Below, piece by piece: positions 39,417 to 47,956 of a stretch of 64,000 bases of DNA. Location: positions 32,001 to 96,000 of the IMG/VR virus record IMGVR_UViG_3300045988_178965. One strand, written 5' to 3'. The first letter of the stretch is position 1; each line of letters starts with the position of its first letter. Both the position numbers and the translations under genes were made by a program. The notes under the pieces were generated by a model. That model ran no database searches. It was not told where the DNA came from and saw only the letters and a program-made list of their open reading frames with translations. Origin of the DNA: a virus.

Positions 39417-40493
39417 CAATTTGTTATCCCAAAGGCTTTTTATCCTTTGGCTCTATATCTACTTTTGCTCTCGATATAGTTCGGCATACATTTTCACCAT
39501 ATTGAAAATCAACTTAGGTGCCGGCCACTCGTGGAATCATTATATTCTCCATTGGAGTTTCAGATTCTATGCTCTACGATGCTCCGCATCATTTAAACGC
39601 GGAGTTATCTCGGTATTAGGATAAAAGCAAAATCCCTTCACCGATATTGGCCAGTCATAATAAAAAGTGTTTCCACTTTAAACGTCCCTCTTTTATATAG
39701 GGCCGTGGACATTGAAAAGCCTAATCCACTTTCTATATAAAAAGATATTGGCATCTTTGTAAAGATAATTATAAAACAATTTGGAGCTTCTTAATTTAGA
39801 GTATCTCAAATCACGTACAACAGAAGTATTTTTAAACTCATAAATACTGTAATCGTCAATCATCGCGTATTTGGCTATATCTTCAAGGATCTTTATTCCG
39901 CCTACGATGCTTATTCTTCCTTCTTTGGATGCACATCCGTCGCCATCAAAATAACCTCTAATAAAATGACGAACAAGCTCATCTGGAATAGTATTCGGAA
40001 TAATTTCATTTCCAGATTTATGCTCCAAAAACCCATGATTAACTAAATCGTAAAACATCTTTTTGCAACTTAAAGACACAGAGTAGCCAATATGGTTATT
40101 CTTTATAACTTTAGTAATAGAATTACTGCTTCCAATAGCTAATAAGAATGCTTTTATCGCATCTGCATCTTTTTCTTGAAGCACTAATTTTATATGATAG
40201 TTTACATGAGAAGAGCTTATGCACCCATCGGCCATAAGAAAGCCGAGGAAATATGCTTTTTCTTCTGTATCTATGGTTTCAAAGTAATCCTTATTTGCTA
40301 TCGAGCTAGGTTTGCCTGACCCTCTGCTTAACCCTCTTTTTCTTAGATGGTAATTTATTGTTCCAGGTTTAATACTATATTTCTTGCCAAGCTCAACGGC
40401 AGTGAGGCCGCCAAGATATTCTTCAATTATTTTATTTATAAGCTCATCGCTATATTTCTGTTGTAATTTGTTACCTTTGACAAAGGCCATTCG
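39417..40493 (-). mobile_element. group I intron C in dnaE (1077 nt) with LAGLIDADG ORF
   Basis: This is the only placement that gives U at -1 (..GAAGGTT|), a terminal G (..GATAACAAATTG|, matching the AACAWWAYTG 3' ends of the sister introns) and E. coli-like spacing between YQE and G(F/Y)(S/T). It shares the core ATATGGTGAAAATGTATGCCGAA plus a hairpin. Confidence 0.65.
39693..40490 (-). CDS. intron-encoded LAGLIDADG homing endonuclease
   Basis: 265 aa with motifs YFLGFLMADGCIS and FIRGYFDGDGCAS. It is a paralog of the 38516-39313 ORF. Confidence 0.85.
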   Translation of the reverse strand: MAFVKGNKLQQKYSDELINKIIEEYLGGLTAVELGKKYSIKPGTINYHLRKRGLSRGSGKPSSIANKDYFETIDTEEKAYFLGFLMADGCISSSHVNYHIKLVLQEKDADAIKAFLLAIGSSNSITKVIKNNHIGYSVSLSCKKMFYDLVNHGFLEHKSGNEIIPNTIPDELVRHFIRGYFDGDGCASKEGRISIVGGIKILEDIAKYAMIDDYSIYEFKNTSVVRDLRYSKLRSSKLFYNYLYKDANIFLYRKWIRLFNVHGPI

Positions 40494-40632
40494 AACCTTC
40501 CTGAAAAATCAATTCGTTATGTGCATTACTAAATATATGGTCATACTTAGGAAATCTGAATTTCGTTGGAGGAAGCTCTCCTGAAATCTTTCCTATGATT
40601 CGTTGTACTAATCCGGGAATGTTAAGCGGTCC
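40494..40632 (-). CDS. dnaE: dnaE C-part, exon 3 (139 nt)
   Basis: Not in the ORF track. Translation of the - strand gives GPLNIPGLVQRIIGKISGELPPTKFRFPKYDHIFSNAHNELIFQEG, which aligns with DnaE GPM..IP.FI.RKHG......HP.LE.IL..TYG..VYQEQ. Confidence 0.7.
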
Positions 40633-40884
40633 CAGAAATACAATACAACGGTATCTGATATTTCTATCAGGATCGGACTATCTCATCACCATATCAAATG
40701 ACTTAGGTGTCGGGCGCTGTATCTGGTTATTAAGAGTACTCTAGCTCTCCAGTAGTCTCTGCACCTTCTTATGGTGTACCATAAGCTTGGCTCAGGATTG
40801 CCTTATCTTAAATTAAGACTTAGGTTTCCCTGAATTCACCCAATTTTAACCTAACTGTTTCCAATTAGGGCCCCAGACCGCTTT
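40633..40884 (-). mobile_element. ORF-less group I intron B in dnaE (252 nt)
   Basis: Separates STYRP|GPLNIP (DnaE ALYRPGP). U is at -1 (CCT) and the terminal base is G. The core CACCTAAGTC..ATATGGTGATGAGATAGTCCGATC plus the hairpin ctgata-GAAA-tatcag are nearly identical to intron A. Confidence 0.75.
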
Positions 40885-42072
40885 AGGGCGATACGTACTA
40901 ACAATTACTGCAATATCATGAATAGTTTTAGGCTTACAGGCATTAACGAATCCAGACATACCAGCCTCTTCAAATTGAAAGATACCATAGTTTCTCTCAT
41001 TCCAAAGAACCTTATACGCCGCCTCATTATCCATTGGTAAATTATACCAATCGATATCAATGCCATGACGCTTCTTAATAAGCTCTCTAGCAAAGTTAAG
41101 AACTGTAAGCGTCTTAAGTCCTAAAACATCTAGCTTAACAACATTTGACGTATCTTCAATTTTATTACCTTCCCATTGAATAACGGGGGCGCCTTTACTA
41201 TCCCACAATGGAACATCTTCCCATAGTGGGCGATCAGATAATGCAACTCCACAGTTATGAACGACTACACCATTAGCAATGTAAGAAGAATCATCTAGTA
41301 CAGTGAAGTTATATACATCAATATCGCCATCAAGGTTAGCATCCGTCCATTTGGAAACGTCATTAACTCTGCGAGCATACAATACATCGTCATTGTCGTT
41401 AACTCCAATCATGCCATTCCCGATATTAACATTACCTGCATCCACCCAAACGATATTGCCGTTAAAGCTTCCTTCGGATTTAAATTCTTCTGAATTTATA
41501 AGTGCAATAGGATGGTTCGAAGTACATTCAATATAGCCGAAGTTATCATATTGAGAACATTGATACGAGATATGTAGAATATCTTTTCTCTTAGCTTTAT
41601 TAACTTGGACTTCAACTATTGGTTTCCATCTCAACTTATGGGTTAATGCGAGGTAACCAGGCTTAACATCTTCAATGTTAATTAGCTCTGACTGAGAGTT
41701 TTCATCTTTTTTGATGTAAACTTTTGTGCCAGCTAACAGGCATGCATGAATGCCCTGGGCGCTCAAACAATCGCTAAGCTTAATTGCATCATTCCAAACC
41801 TCTTTCACCTCAGCGTCAGAATTATACAGGGCTTTGATTTCATCACTCTCTTCAAGTAATACATCGAGTGGAGGGCACCCGATATCAGGCATTAAGCTAG
41901 ATATCTTATTAGCCTTATCAAAACCCATACCATGAATACGTGCAGCGTCTTTAAAGGCCTTCTTGCCGCCGGTATATGTCAGGGTGCCTAAATGGGCAAA
42001 CCCTTCGCCATACTTCTCTCTCAACATTTCGAACACTTCAGGACGACGTTCTTTCTCTACATCGGAATCAAT
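40885..42072 (-). CDS. dnaE: dnaE C-part, exon 2 (contains an intein)
   Basis: Begins IDSDVEKERRPEVFEMLREKYG, which is the second half of the catalytic PDIDxDF motif. It contains QGIHA-[intein]-CGVAL (DnaE HAAGVVI), VKLDVLGLKTLT and GIFQFEE (DnaE GVFQLES). Confidence 0.85.
41254..41742 (-). mobile_element. mini-intein (163 aa) in DnaE C-part
   Basis: Starts CLLAGTKVYI, has block B CTSNHPI (TxxH) and ends GVVVHN followed by Cys. Excision restores GIHA|CGVAL. Confidence 0.85.
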
Positions 42073-42325
42073 CGTTTATGTTCAGTATAGGTCGTTAATC
42101 TATACCCGGTACGAAACCAGCTCTATGTCGCCATAGAGACCAGACTATCTCATCACCATGTCCATAAGGATTTAGGTGCTCTGCGCTTCGAACCACTTGG
42201 CCCTACATAATAGTCGTTACACGTCTTTCGCTTTCGCAAATTTTCGCACGGTATTGTCTTCTAGAGAGTTCCACCGTTTTCACAGAGTTTTCTATTGTCA
42301 ATTTCTTGACAAAGGGACTAATTTA
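42073..42325 (-). mobile_element. ORF-less group I intron A in dnaE (253 nt)
   Basis: Separates GGFPD|IDSDV, inside the catalytic Asp motif. U is at -1 (GAT) and the intron ends ..AACATAAACG. It has the core CACCTAAATC..ACATGGTGATGAGATAGTCTGGTC plus the hairpin ctctatg-GCGA-catagag. Confidence 0.75.
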
Positions 42326-42586
42326 ATCCGGGAAACCGCCGCCGACAGTATGCACTTTACCGTCTGGCGGGGTTGCTACGATTCCGAGCAAATAGGCAAT
42401 AGAGGAGTTAGCTTCATTCTCTTCAATATTTTTTACACCAGCATTATACAGATTCAAATAATAGGAATCTATATGATGCAATTCGCAGTGGTTCAATTCG
42501 AACATAATATTTGCTTTATGCTCTTTGAACCAATCCGTATTAGAATGAGAAAGAACTAACTCTCTTAGCGTTTTATGTTCAGCCAT
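42326..42586 (-). CDS. dnaE: dnaE C-part, exon 1 (own start codon)
   Basis: The ATG at 42586 is preceded by AAGGAG and overlaps the upstream stop (AATGGCTGA). It ends ..NSSIAYLLGIVATPPDGKVHTVGGGFPD, the first half of the PDIDxDF motif. Confidence 0.75.
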
Positions 42587-43121
42587 TTTCTTTCTCCTTA
42601 TTACTACTGGTATTTATCAGAGAGCGCTGAGTGTGCTTTAAGTTTCTCTTTAAATCTGATTGCTCTTTTCCTAGTTCAATTAACGCAGCCGAAAGGCGCT
42701 GCTTTTCCTCTCTCAATTTGATAATCTTTAATTTCGAATAAGGATATACAGCGCTTTGGGTATATAAATCTACATCAAATGAGGCTACGACATTTTGCAG
42801 ATAAGACTTTAGAGAAGAAAGTTTTTCACTTAATTCCCTAATAAGGCTTTTATTAAAATAGATTTTTTGTTGAATTTCGCTAATATCCTTTTTAGCACCA
42901 CGAAGTTCTAAAGAGTCAGAATACCTAAGCTTCTTGTCGTTAATGACATCTTTACAATGTCTGAGTCTCTTTTCTATATTAGCCAAATCTTCTGGATATA
43001 AAAAATATTTTATGCCTTCTAGTCTAATTATAGCCCTTTCAAGTCTTCTGATTCTATTGCGTGTTCTTCGTGTTGGCCTCGAAGGATCCATCAGATATTT
43101 ATTTTTTCCGACTTCATACAT
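42579..43121 (-). CDS. hypothetical coiled-coil protein with Arg-rich N-terminus
   Basis: 180 aa with PSRPTRRTRNRIRRLERAI followed by heptad-like helices. It is translationally coupled to dnaE exon 1. Confidence 0.5.
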   Translation of the reverse strand: MYEVGKNKYLMDPSRPTRRTRNRIRRLERAIIRLEGIKYFLYPEDLANIEKRLRHCKDVINDKKLRYSDSLELRGAKKDISEIQQKIYFNKSLIRELSEKLSSLKSYLQNVVASFDVDLYTQSAVYPYSKLKIIKLREEKQRLSAALIELGKEQSDLKRNLKHTQRSLINTSSNKEKENG

Positions 43122-44181
43122 TTTCTTTACCCATGTAGTAGGCTAAAGGCTGAACAATGTAGGCAATTCTATCTTCAATGTTTGATTCTTTCGGCAACAA
43201 GTCTATAATCAACGCCCGCATTTTCCCTTTAATTTCAGCGGAATGCGGTTTTGTACAGTCGAAAGCTACAGGTTCCGAGGATACCAAAGGAATAACCTTT
43301 TCCCCAAATTTGACATAACTACCGTCTTCAACTGGGCCAATAGGTACGAATAATCTAATTCGTCTTGTATCAAAATTGATAGTATCGGTATGTTCAGAGA
43401 CGCTACAATCTTCAAATTCTTCTACTTCGACACCTGCCACAATATAGTCATTTGATTTATTATATTTCTCAATTTCCAATTCAAGACCAACAGTTGTCAA
43501 ATGGGATAATGGTGATCTGTGTGCCTTAGGATTAACAAGTCCCGCGGCGTATAGGAAGTTAGTATTCCAAACTCCAGAAAGTTTATCCATACTATTTGGA
43601 TACATGCCAATTGATTCAATAATAGAATCAAGAAGTGTATGATTTTTAAACAATTTAAAATCAGGAATTCGGATGTGTCCAGAATCACAGCTATCTGCAT
43701 AAATAAAGCTACCTTCTATAACTTCTGTATAGCTCATAGTTTGATTTGTAAAACATGAGTTATAACATCTGTCAGGCGGACAAGTCACAATGAATGCATA
43801 AATGCCGGCACCACCAATATGTTCAAATTCAGTATCTTTATTAATTTCAAAACAAAGCTCTGTGGCTTTTGATTCATAATGTTTGCCATTATATTTTAAA
43901 GAAGACTGAAATAAAGGAATTAGAAAGCTTAAAGTACCGGGAGGCTCATATCCATATGGATGACCTTTAAGTTCGCCGGATTTGCCAGGAATCCAAATAC
44001 CACATAGTGAATTTAACCCTTCTTCGCAAACTTCATAACCTTCAGCTAACTCTTGGGCAATTTTCATTCCAAAGTCGCCAGGCTTTTCGTTTACATTTCC
44101 GAAAAACCCATATCTTCCCAGGTCAGAATATTTAATGTCTGCATAGACACTTCTAAGCATATATATTGGTGAGTCGTTCAT
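43114..44181 (-). CDS. hypothetical protein (two-domain, Cys/His-rich; oxygenase/cupin fold not excluded)
   Basis: 355-aa ORF in the cassette. It has no unambiguous motif, only scattered H/D/C residues (SGHIRIPD, TKPHSAE). Confidence 0.4.
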   Translation of the reverse strand: MNDSPIYMLRSVYADIKYSDLGRYGFFGNVNEKPGDFGMKIAQELAEGYEVCEEGLNSLCGIWIPGKSGELKGHPYGYEPPGTLSFLIPLFQSSLKYNGKHYESKATELCFEINKDTEFEHIGGAGIYAFIVTCPPDRCYNSCFTNQTMSYTEVIEGSFIYADSCDSGHIRIPDFKLFKNHTLLDSIIESIGMYPNSMDKLSGVWNTNFLYAAGLVNPKAHRSPLSHLTTVGLELEIEKYNKSNDYIVAGVEVEEFEDCSVSEHTDTINFDTRRIRLFVPIGPVEDGSYVKFGEKVIPLVSSEPVAFDCTKPHSAEIKGKMRALIIDLLPKESNIEDRIAYIVQPLAYYMGKENV

Positions 44182-44193
44182 TTTCTAATTCCT

Positions 44194-44868
44194 TTATTCG
44201 GTTAAACCTGCTTTTGCTAAACCATAGAATACACCGGTATCACCATTCCAGCTTTGGAATTTCTCGGCGATAACGTGTAGTTCGGTAATATCCATTGTTA
44301 GTAATGGGAACTCTTCAAAGAAGCTCTTAGTTGAAAGGCCACCGTAGCCAATCATAATACCACCAGGGCGAAGCAATTTTTCATAAACCTGAGTAGAATA
44401 AATATTAGTAGGATCAAGAGCAAGATCATCTATTAGATCACAAACAATCAAATCATAAGTATCAGATTGCTCATTATGCTCAGAAAGAAAAGTTTGAATA
44501 TCTTTTTCTACAATATTTAAAAAGGCTTTTCCAGTCATCGCGGCATATTGCTTCTTGTACTGATTAGCAGCAGATGTACTATGAGGTTTAAATTTAGTAA
44601 AGTAATCTGTAATGCCCGGATCTACAATAGTAATACGGTTATCATAAGATAAAAATGTACATTCACTAATTAATTGAAAATCGCCGCCGCCAATAACAAG
44701 GATATTATTCCATTCCTCTGGAGCCTTATTATCAGGAAACATTCTTTGATAAACCTTATGGAACATTCGTGGATATTTAAAATAATCACGACCAGTTGCC
44801 CACTGAATTAAGCCATCAATATAATAACCAAATGACCCGCCGGGCCCTTTTTTAAATTCAAGCTCCAT
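44194..44868 (-). CDS. spermidine synthase-fold (PABS-like) SAM/dcSAM-dependent transferase
   Basis: 224 aa. Matches are YIDGLIQ (LDGxxQ), NILVIGGGDFQLISE (vLiIGGGDGgxxRE), YDLIVCDLIDD (DvIivDssDP) and LLRPGGIMI. Confidence 0.55.
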   Translation of the reverse strand: MELEFKKGPGGSFGYYIDGLIQWATGRDYFKYPRMFHKVYQRMFPDNKAPEEWNNILVIGGGDFQLISECTFLSYDNRITIVDPGITDYFTKFKPHSTSAANQYKKQYAAMTGKAFLNIVEKDIQTFLSEHNEQSDTYDLIVCDLIDDLALDPTNIYSTQVYEKLLRPGGIMIGYGGLSTKSFFEEFPLLTMDITELHVIAEKFQSWNGDTGVFYGLAKAGLTE

Positions 44869-45451
44869 ATCTTTTCACCTCATCAAAAACAAAACAGTTA
44901 TCCTTATCTATATCTGTAATGTTGTATTTTTTAATAATATCTTCCCTGCTTGGAAAGTTTCTTGTTTCACCATAAAGAATTCGATACTCTTCAGCAATCA
45001 TACTCTCTTTTAAGCAAGGAACAACGGATTGGGCAGTAGATACGATAAGTGGAGTCCATGTATTTACTTCACACGCATCAAATTCATCCTGGATCAAGCA
45101 AGCTCTAATGCAAATAGCTTTAATAGCTTTAAGGATAGACATTTTGCATGAGCGAGGATGCAAGAATACTGTTCCGCCAATAATAGAATTCGTTTGGTCC
45201 AAATCTTGACAGAAGAATCCAACATCTTTCTGGCCATTATTTACAATATACAAATCTTGCGGAGCTTTAGGATAAATATATCGTTTAAACCAATCGAAGT
45301 TATAGCACTTGTGCAATTCTTCGTCAGGGATACCAAAACTTTTCAACCAATCTTTAAATGTTCCACTATAATCATTAATAACCCAATCTTTATTGGAACA
45401 TTCTACAAGCCATTCAAAATCAGCTTCTGTCGCTTTTCGTACTAAAACCAT
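44858..45451 (-). CDS. GNAT-like acetyltransferase (tentative)
   Basis: 197 aa. It starts MVLVRKATEADFEWL, which is typical of GNATs. The central VGFF..GGTVFLHPRSCKMSILKAIKA resembles the beta4-alphaA3 region. This is a by-eye call only. Confidence 0.4.
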   Translation of the reverse strand: MVLVRKATEADFEWLVECSNKDWVINDYSGTFKDWLKSFGIPDEELHKCYNFDWFKRYIYPKAPQDLYIVNNGQKDVGFFCQDLDQTNSIIGGTVFLHPRSCKMSILKAIKAICIRACLIQDEFDACEVNTWTPLIVSTAQSVVPCLKESMIAEEYRILYGETRNFPSREDIIKKYNITDIDKDNCFVFDEVKRYGA

Positions 45452-46572
45452 CAGTCTCTCTCAACTTCTTCCTGCTCAATAGCTATCTTCAATAGCTCAT
45501 CAACTTTAGGATAAAAATAATCAATTATCTCAGGTAAATTTTCATCCTGAGAATTTACAGCAAAAATTGTAGAGTACATAGGTTTTACTACAAAATCTTG
45601 CCACGAATTAGATAGCCAATATAGGTCATTTTCAACACCCATTTGTCTATATTGTATATTTTTAACTGGACAATGCGTCAAATCTTTTTCGTTATCTTCA
45701 ACCACAGGGAAAGACTCATTGTCAGATTTTAGGTTATTTTTATTAAAGAATTGAATAACCTTCGGAGAATAGAACATCTCTTCTTCATTTGCTGCATGAT
45801 CACGACACATATAAATATTGCCGCGAGGAGAGATTGCCCTTACATTCTTAGAGCATAAGTCTTTATCACTTTTATGATACCAAGATGCGGACAACAATTC
45901 TTTTGCAACGAATAGGGATTTCTCTTCTCCTGAAATGCAAATGTCCCTAGAAATCTCCATAATGCCTTTAAACAAAGCACCAAAGAAATCTCTAGGGATA
46001 ATAACAGCTTTATCAGTTCTGTACACAGTCACAGGCTCATAACTAAATGTATCAACACCAAGCGCCGAAAAGAATTTGTAATTATCAAACATATTATCAA
46101 ATTTAGTTCGACCATATAAAACAGAACTTAAAGTAATATCAAGATCATCCGATTTGCGCATTGTTCTGATATTGTTTAAAACAGCATCAAATTGATCTTG
46201 ACTTTCGAATCGTTGCTTATTTTCTTCAAATGTAGAACCATCAAGAGAAATAAGAACCTCATCTAAAATATAAGACAGAGAAAGAACCTCTTCCTCTGTC
46301 CAGTTAGTAAATAGTCCATTAGTATATAATCTCGTAGAGATATTCATATTAAGAGAGCTGCAAAAATTAATAATATCAAACAACTCTTTTTTATGGATAG
46401 TAGGCTCACCGCCATAAAACTCGACAATAGAGCCTACCTTGGCATACTTCCTAATGAAATCTTTTATTTGTTCCAAATCGGCCAATACAGGAGATTCATT
46501 CTTAGACTGTATGCAGCAATAAGAACAATCTAAATCACAATGATTACTGAACACAATACTAAGAATATACAT
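45451..46572 (-). CDS. radical SAM enzyme (maturase-like, possible twitch/SPASM-type C-terminal region)
   Basis: 373 aa with a CxxxCxxC motif at residues 12-19 (NHCDLDCSYCC) and GGEPT downstream. Additional Cys residues sit in the C-terminal third (LCSKN, YMCRDH, THCPV). Confidence 0.8.
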   Translation of the reverse strand: MYILSIVFSNHCDLDCSYCCIQSKNESPVLADLEQIKDFIRKYAKVGSIVEFYGGEPTIHKKELFDIINFCSSLNMNISTRLYTNGLFTNWTEEEVLSLSYILDEVLISLDGSTFEENKQRFESQDQFDAVLNNIRTMRKSDDLDITLSSVLYGRTKFDNMFDNYKFFSALGVDTFSYEPVTVYRTDKAVIIPRDFFGALFKGIMEISRDICISGEEKSLFVAKELLSASWYHKSDKDLCSKNVRAISPRGNIYMCRDHAANEEEMFYSPKVIQFFNKNNLKSDNESFPVVEDNEKDLTHCPVKNIQYRQMGVENDLYWLSNSWQDFVVKPMYSTIFAVNSQDENLPEIIDYFYPKVDELLKIAIEQEEVERD

Positions 46573-46574
46573 CT

Positions 46575-47174
46575 TTATTCCTTCACTGGGTTGTCTCTAA
46601 AATAAGATTGAACTTGCAACGGGATAACTTTACGAGCTGAATCATCTTCATCAAAGAATCCCATAATGTAATCATTATAGCCAAATTTTGTCTTATATGA
46701 TTTAATTTTTTCATAAAGATCTTTGAGGTACATCCATAGCCAATCGGTTTCATAATCAAACGCAAATTGATACTTTAGATATTTGAAATCTGATTCTTGA
46801 ATTCCGTCAAGTGCTCTGTAGCATTGATACAGGTGATCAACGAATTCGCGCAATCCTCTAATATCAAGTCCTGCTAAATCTTTGTCATCTCTTGGTAATG
46901 CATATTTTTCACAATAAAACTGTGAAAATTTCAATAGCGGATATTGCTCAGAGTTTACTTCGGTTGATGCAAGCTCTTCATCAATAGTATTCTTAAGAAC
47001 ATTATAAGCGTAAAGAGAATATTCATCATCCTCAATGTTAGAGGCAAAATAAAAAATTTTCTCTGCTCTTTCTAATGACCCTTTTTCTGAGGCATTAAGA
47101 ACTTCGAGTGCCTTTTCATAATTACCTTCAGCGACGGTCATAGTGTTATTGAGTTCAAAAAAGCTAATAGGCAT
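46575..47174 (-). CDS. hypothetical helical protein (cassette member)
   Basis: 199-aa ORF whose start overlaps the stop of the small peptide gene by 1 nt. Confidence 0.5.
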   Translation of the reverse strand: MPISFFELNNTMTVAEGNYEKALEVLNASEKGSLERAEKIFYFASNIEDDEYSLYAYNVLKNTIDEELASTEVNSEQYPLLKFSQFYCEKYALPRDDKDLAGLDIRGLREFVDHLYQCYRALDGIQESDFKYLKYQFAFDYETDWLWMYLKDLYEKIKSYKTKFGYNDYIMGFFDEDDSARKVIPLQVQSYFRDNPVKE

Positions 47175-47386
47175 TAGCAGCCACCTCCAACAGTATCCTG
47201 GTGTGAATGCGTATGAATCATCAACGCCTCTATGACACGACGAATATCATTAATATCTCTGACACTGATATCGTCATCGGTAGTCACCCGTCTAGAAACA
47301 CCATTTCCAAACGGTAAGGCTTCTTGCCCTGAGCCATTGGTCCACTGAGGAACTGAAAAACCAGTAGGAGAACTTGTTTCTGGCAT
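47174..47386 (-). CDS. 70-aa peptide ending HTHSHQDTVGGGC (candidate precursor/scaffold peptide)
   Basis: First ORF after a terminator-like hairpin. It is coupled to four downstream enzyme genes. The N-terminal half is low-complexity and the tail is His-rich with a single terminal Cys. Confidence 0.5.
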   Translation of the reverse strand: MPETSSPTGFSVPQWTNGSGQEALPFGNGVSRRVTTDDDISVRDINDIRRVIEALMIHTHSHQDTVGGGC

Positions 47387-47400
47387 AAAAATCCTTTCTT

Positions 47401-47429
47401 GTAAAATACGCCAGCTTTATTACTGGCGT
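47401..47429 (-). terminator. probable intrinsic terminator
   Basis: - strand stem acgccag / ctggcgt (47408-47429, 8-nt loop) followed by ATTTTAC, between ORF 47452-47937 and the peptide gene. Confidence 0.45.
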
Positions 47430-47451
47430 AAGTATATTTTACAATAAGATT

Positions 47452-47937
47452 CTATTCTTTACTACCTTCAATTCGGATATATGCAGCATTTGATACTAAC
47501 ATAAAATTCAAAATTGCAGCCAATTCTAATAAAGAATCGGATTGATGTACGTGCCAAAGTATTCCTTCATCTAAACGATTGTCTAAGATCAGAGAATCTA
47601 AGCGCTTTTCGCCATCTTCCATTTCAAGAATTCGAGCCAATAATCCATAGATATTAGTGGTTTCATCTAAATTCATTGAGCCCTTTTTACGGGATCCGAA
47701 ATAAACACTAGGATTAACGGCTTCTGGCAAACAGCTTAATAGCAAATCGTCTTCGTCACAACAGATATTAAATGTATCCATAAATGACATCCAGTTGTGA
47801 TCAAATCCTGATTTTACAACTTCTTTTACAAATTCATATTTTCCCGAAACGGACAAATTTGTATAAGTTGAATAACAGGCAAATGTTGCATTGTTTAATT
47901 TTGGCAATAGTTCATTTTGAAGATATTGTAAAGACAT
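47452..47937 (-). CDS. hypothetical protein
   Basis: 161-aa ORF immediately downstream of the dnaE N-part. Confidence 0.5.
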   Translation of the reverse strand: MSLQYLQNELLPKLNNATFACYSTYTNLSVSGKYEFVKEVVKSGFDHNWMSFMDTFNICCDEDDLLLSCLPEAVNPSVYFGSRKKGSMNLDETTNIYGLLARILEMEDGEKRLDSLILDNRLDEGILWHVHQSDSLLELAAILNFMLVSNAAYIRIEGSKE

Positions 47938-47956
47938 TTTTTATTTTTCTTTCTGT

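Noticed and set aside
39417-39426. An alternative intron C junction giving ..IFQE|QIVLRL.., which preserves the canonical YQEQ.
   Set aside because: It would require a non-U residue at -1 or a non-G intron terminus, and it adds one residue relative to the E. coli and Thermus spacing. The junction GGTT|TCC satisfies both splice rules and matches the AACAWWAYTG ends of the sister introns.
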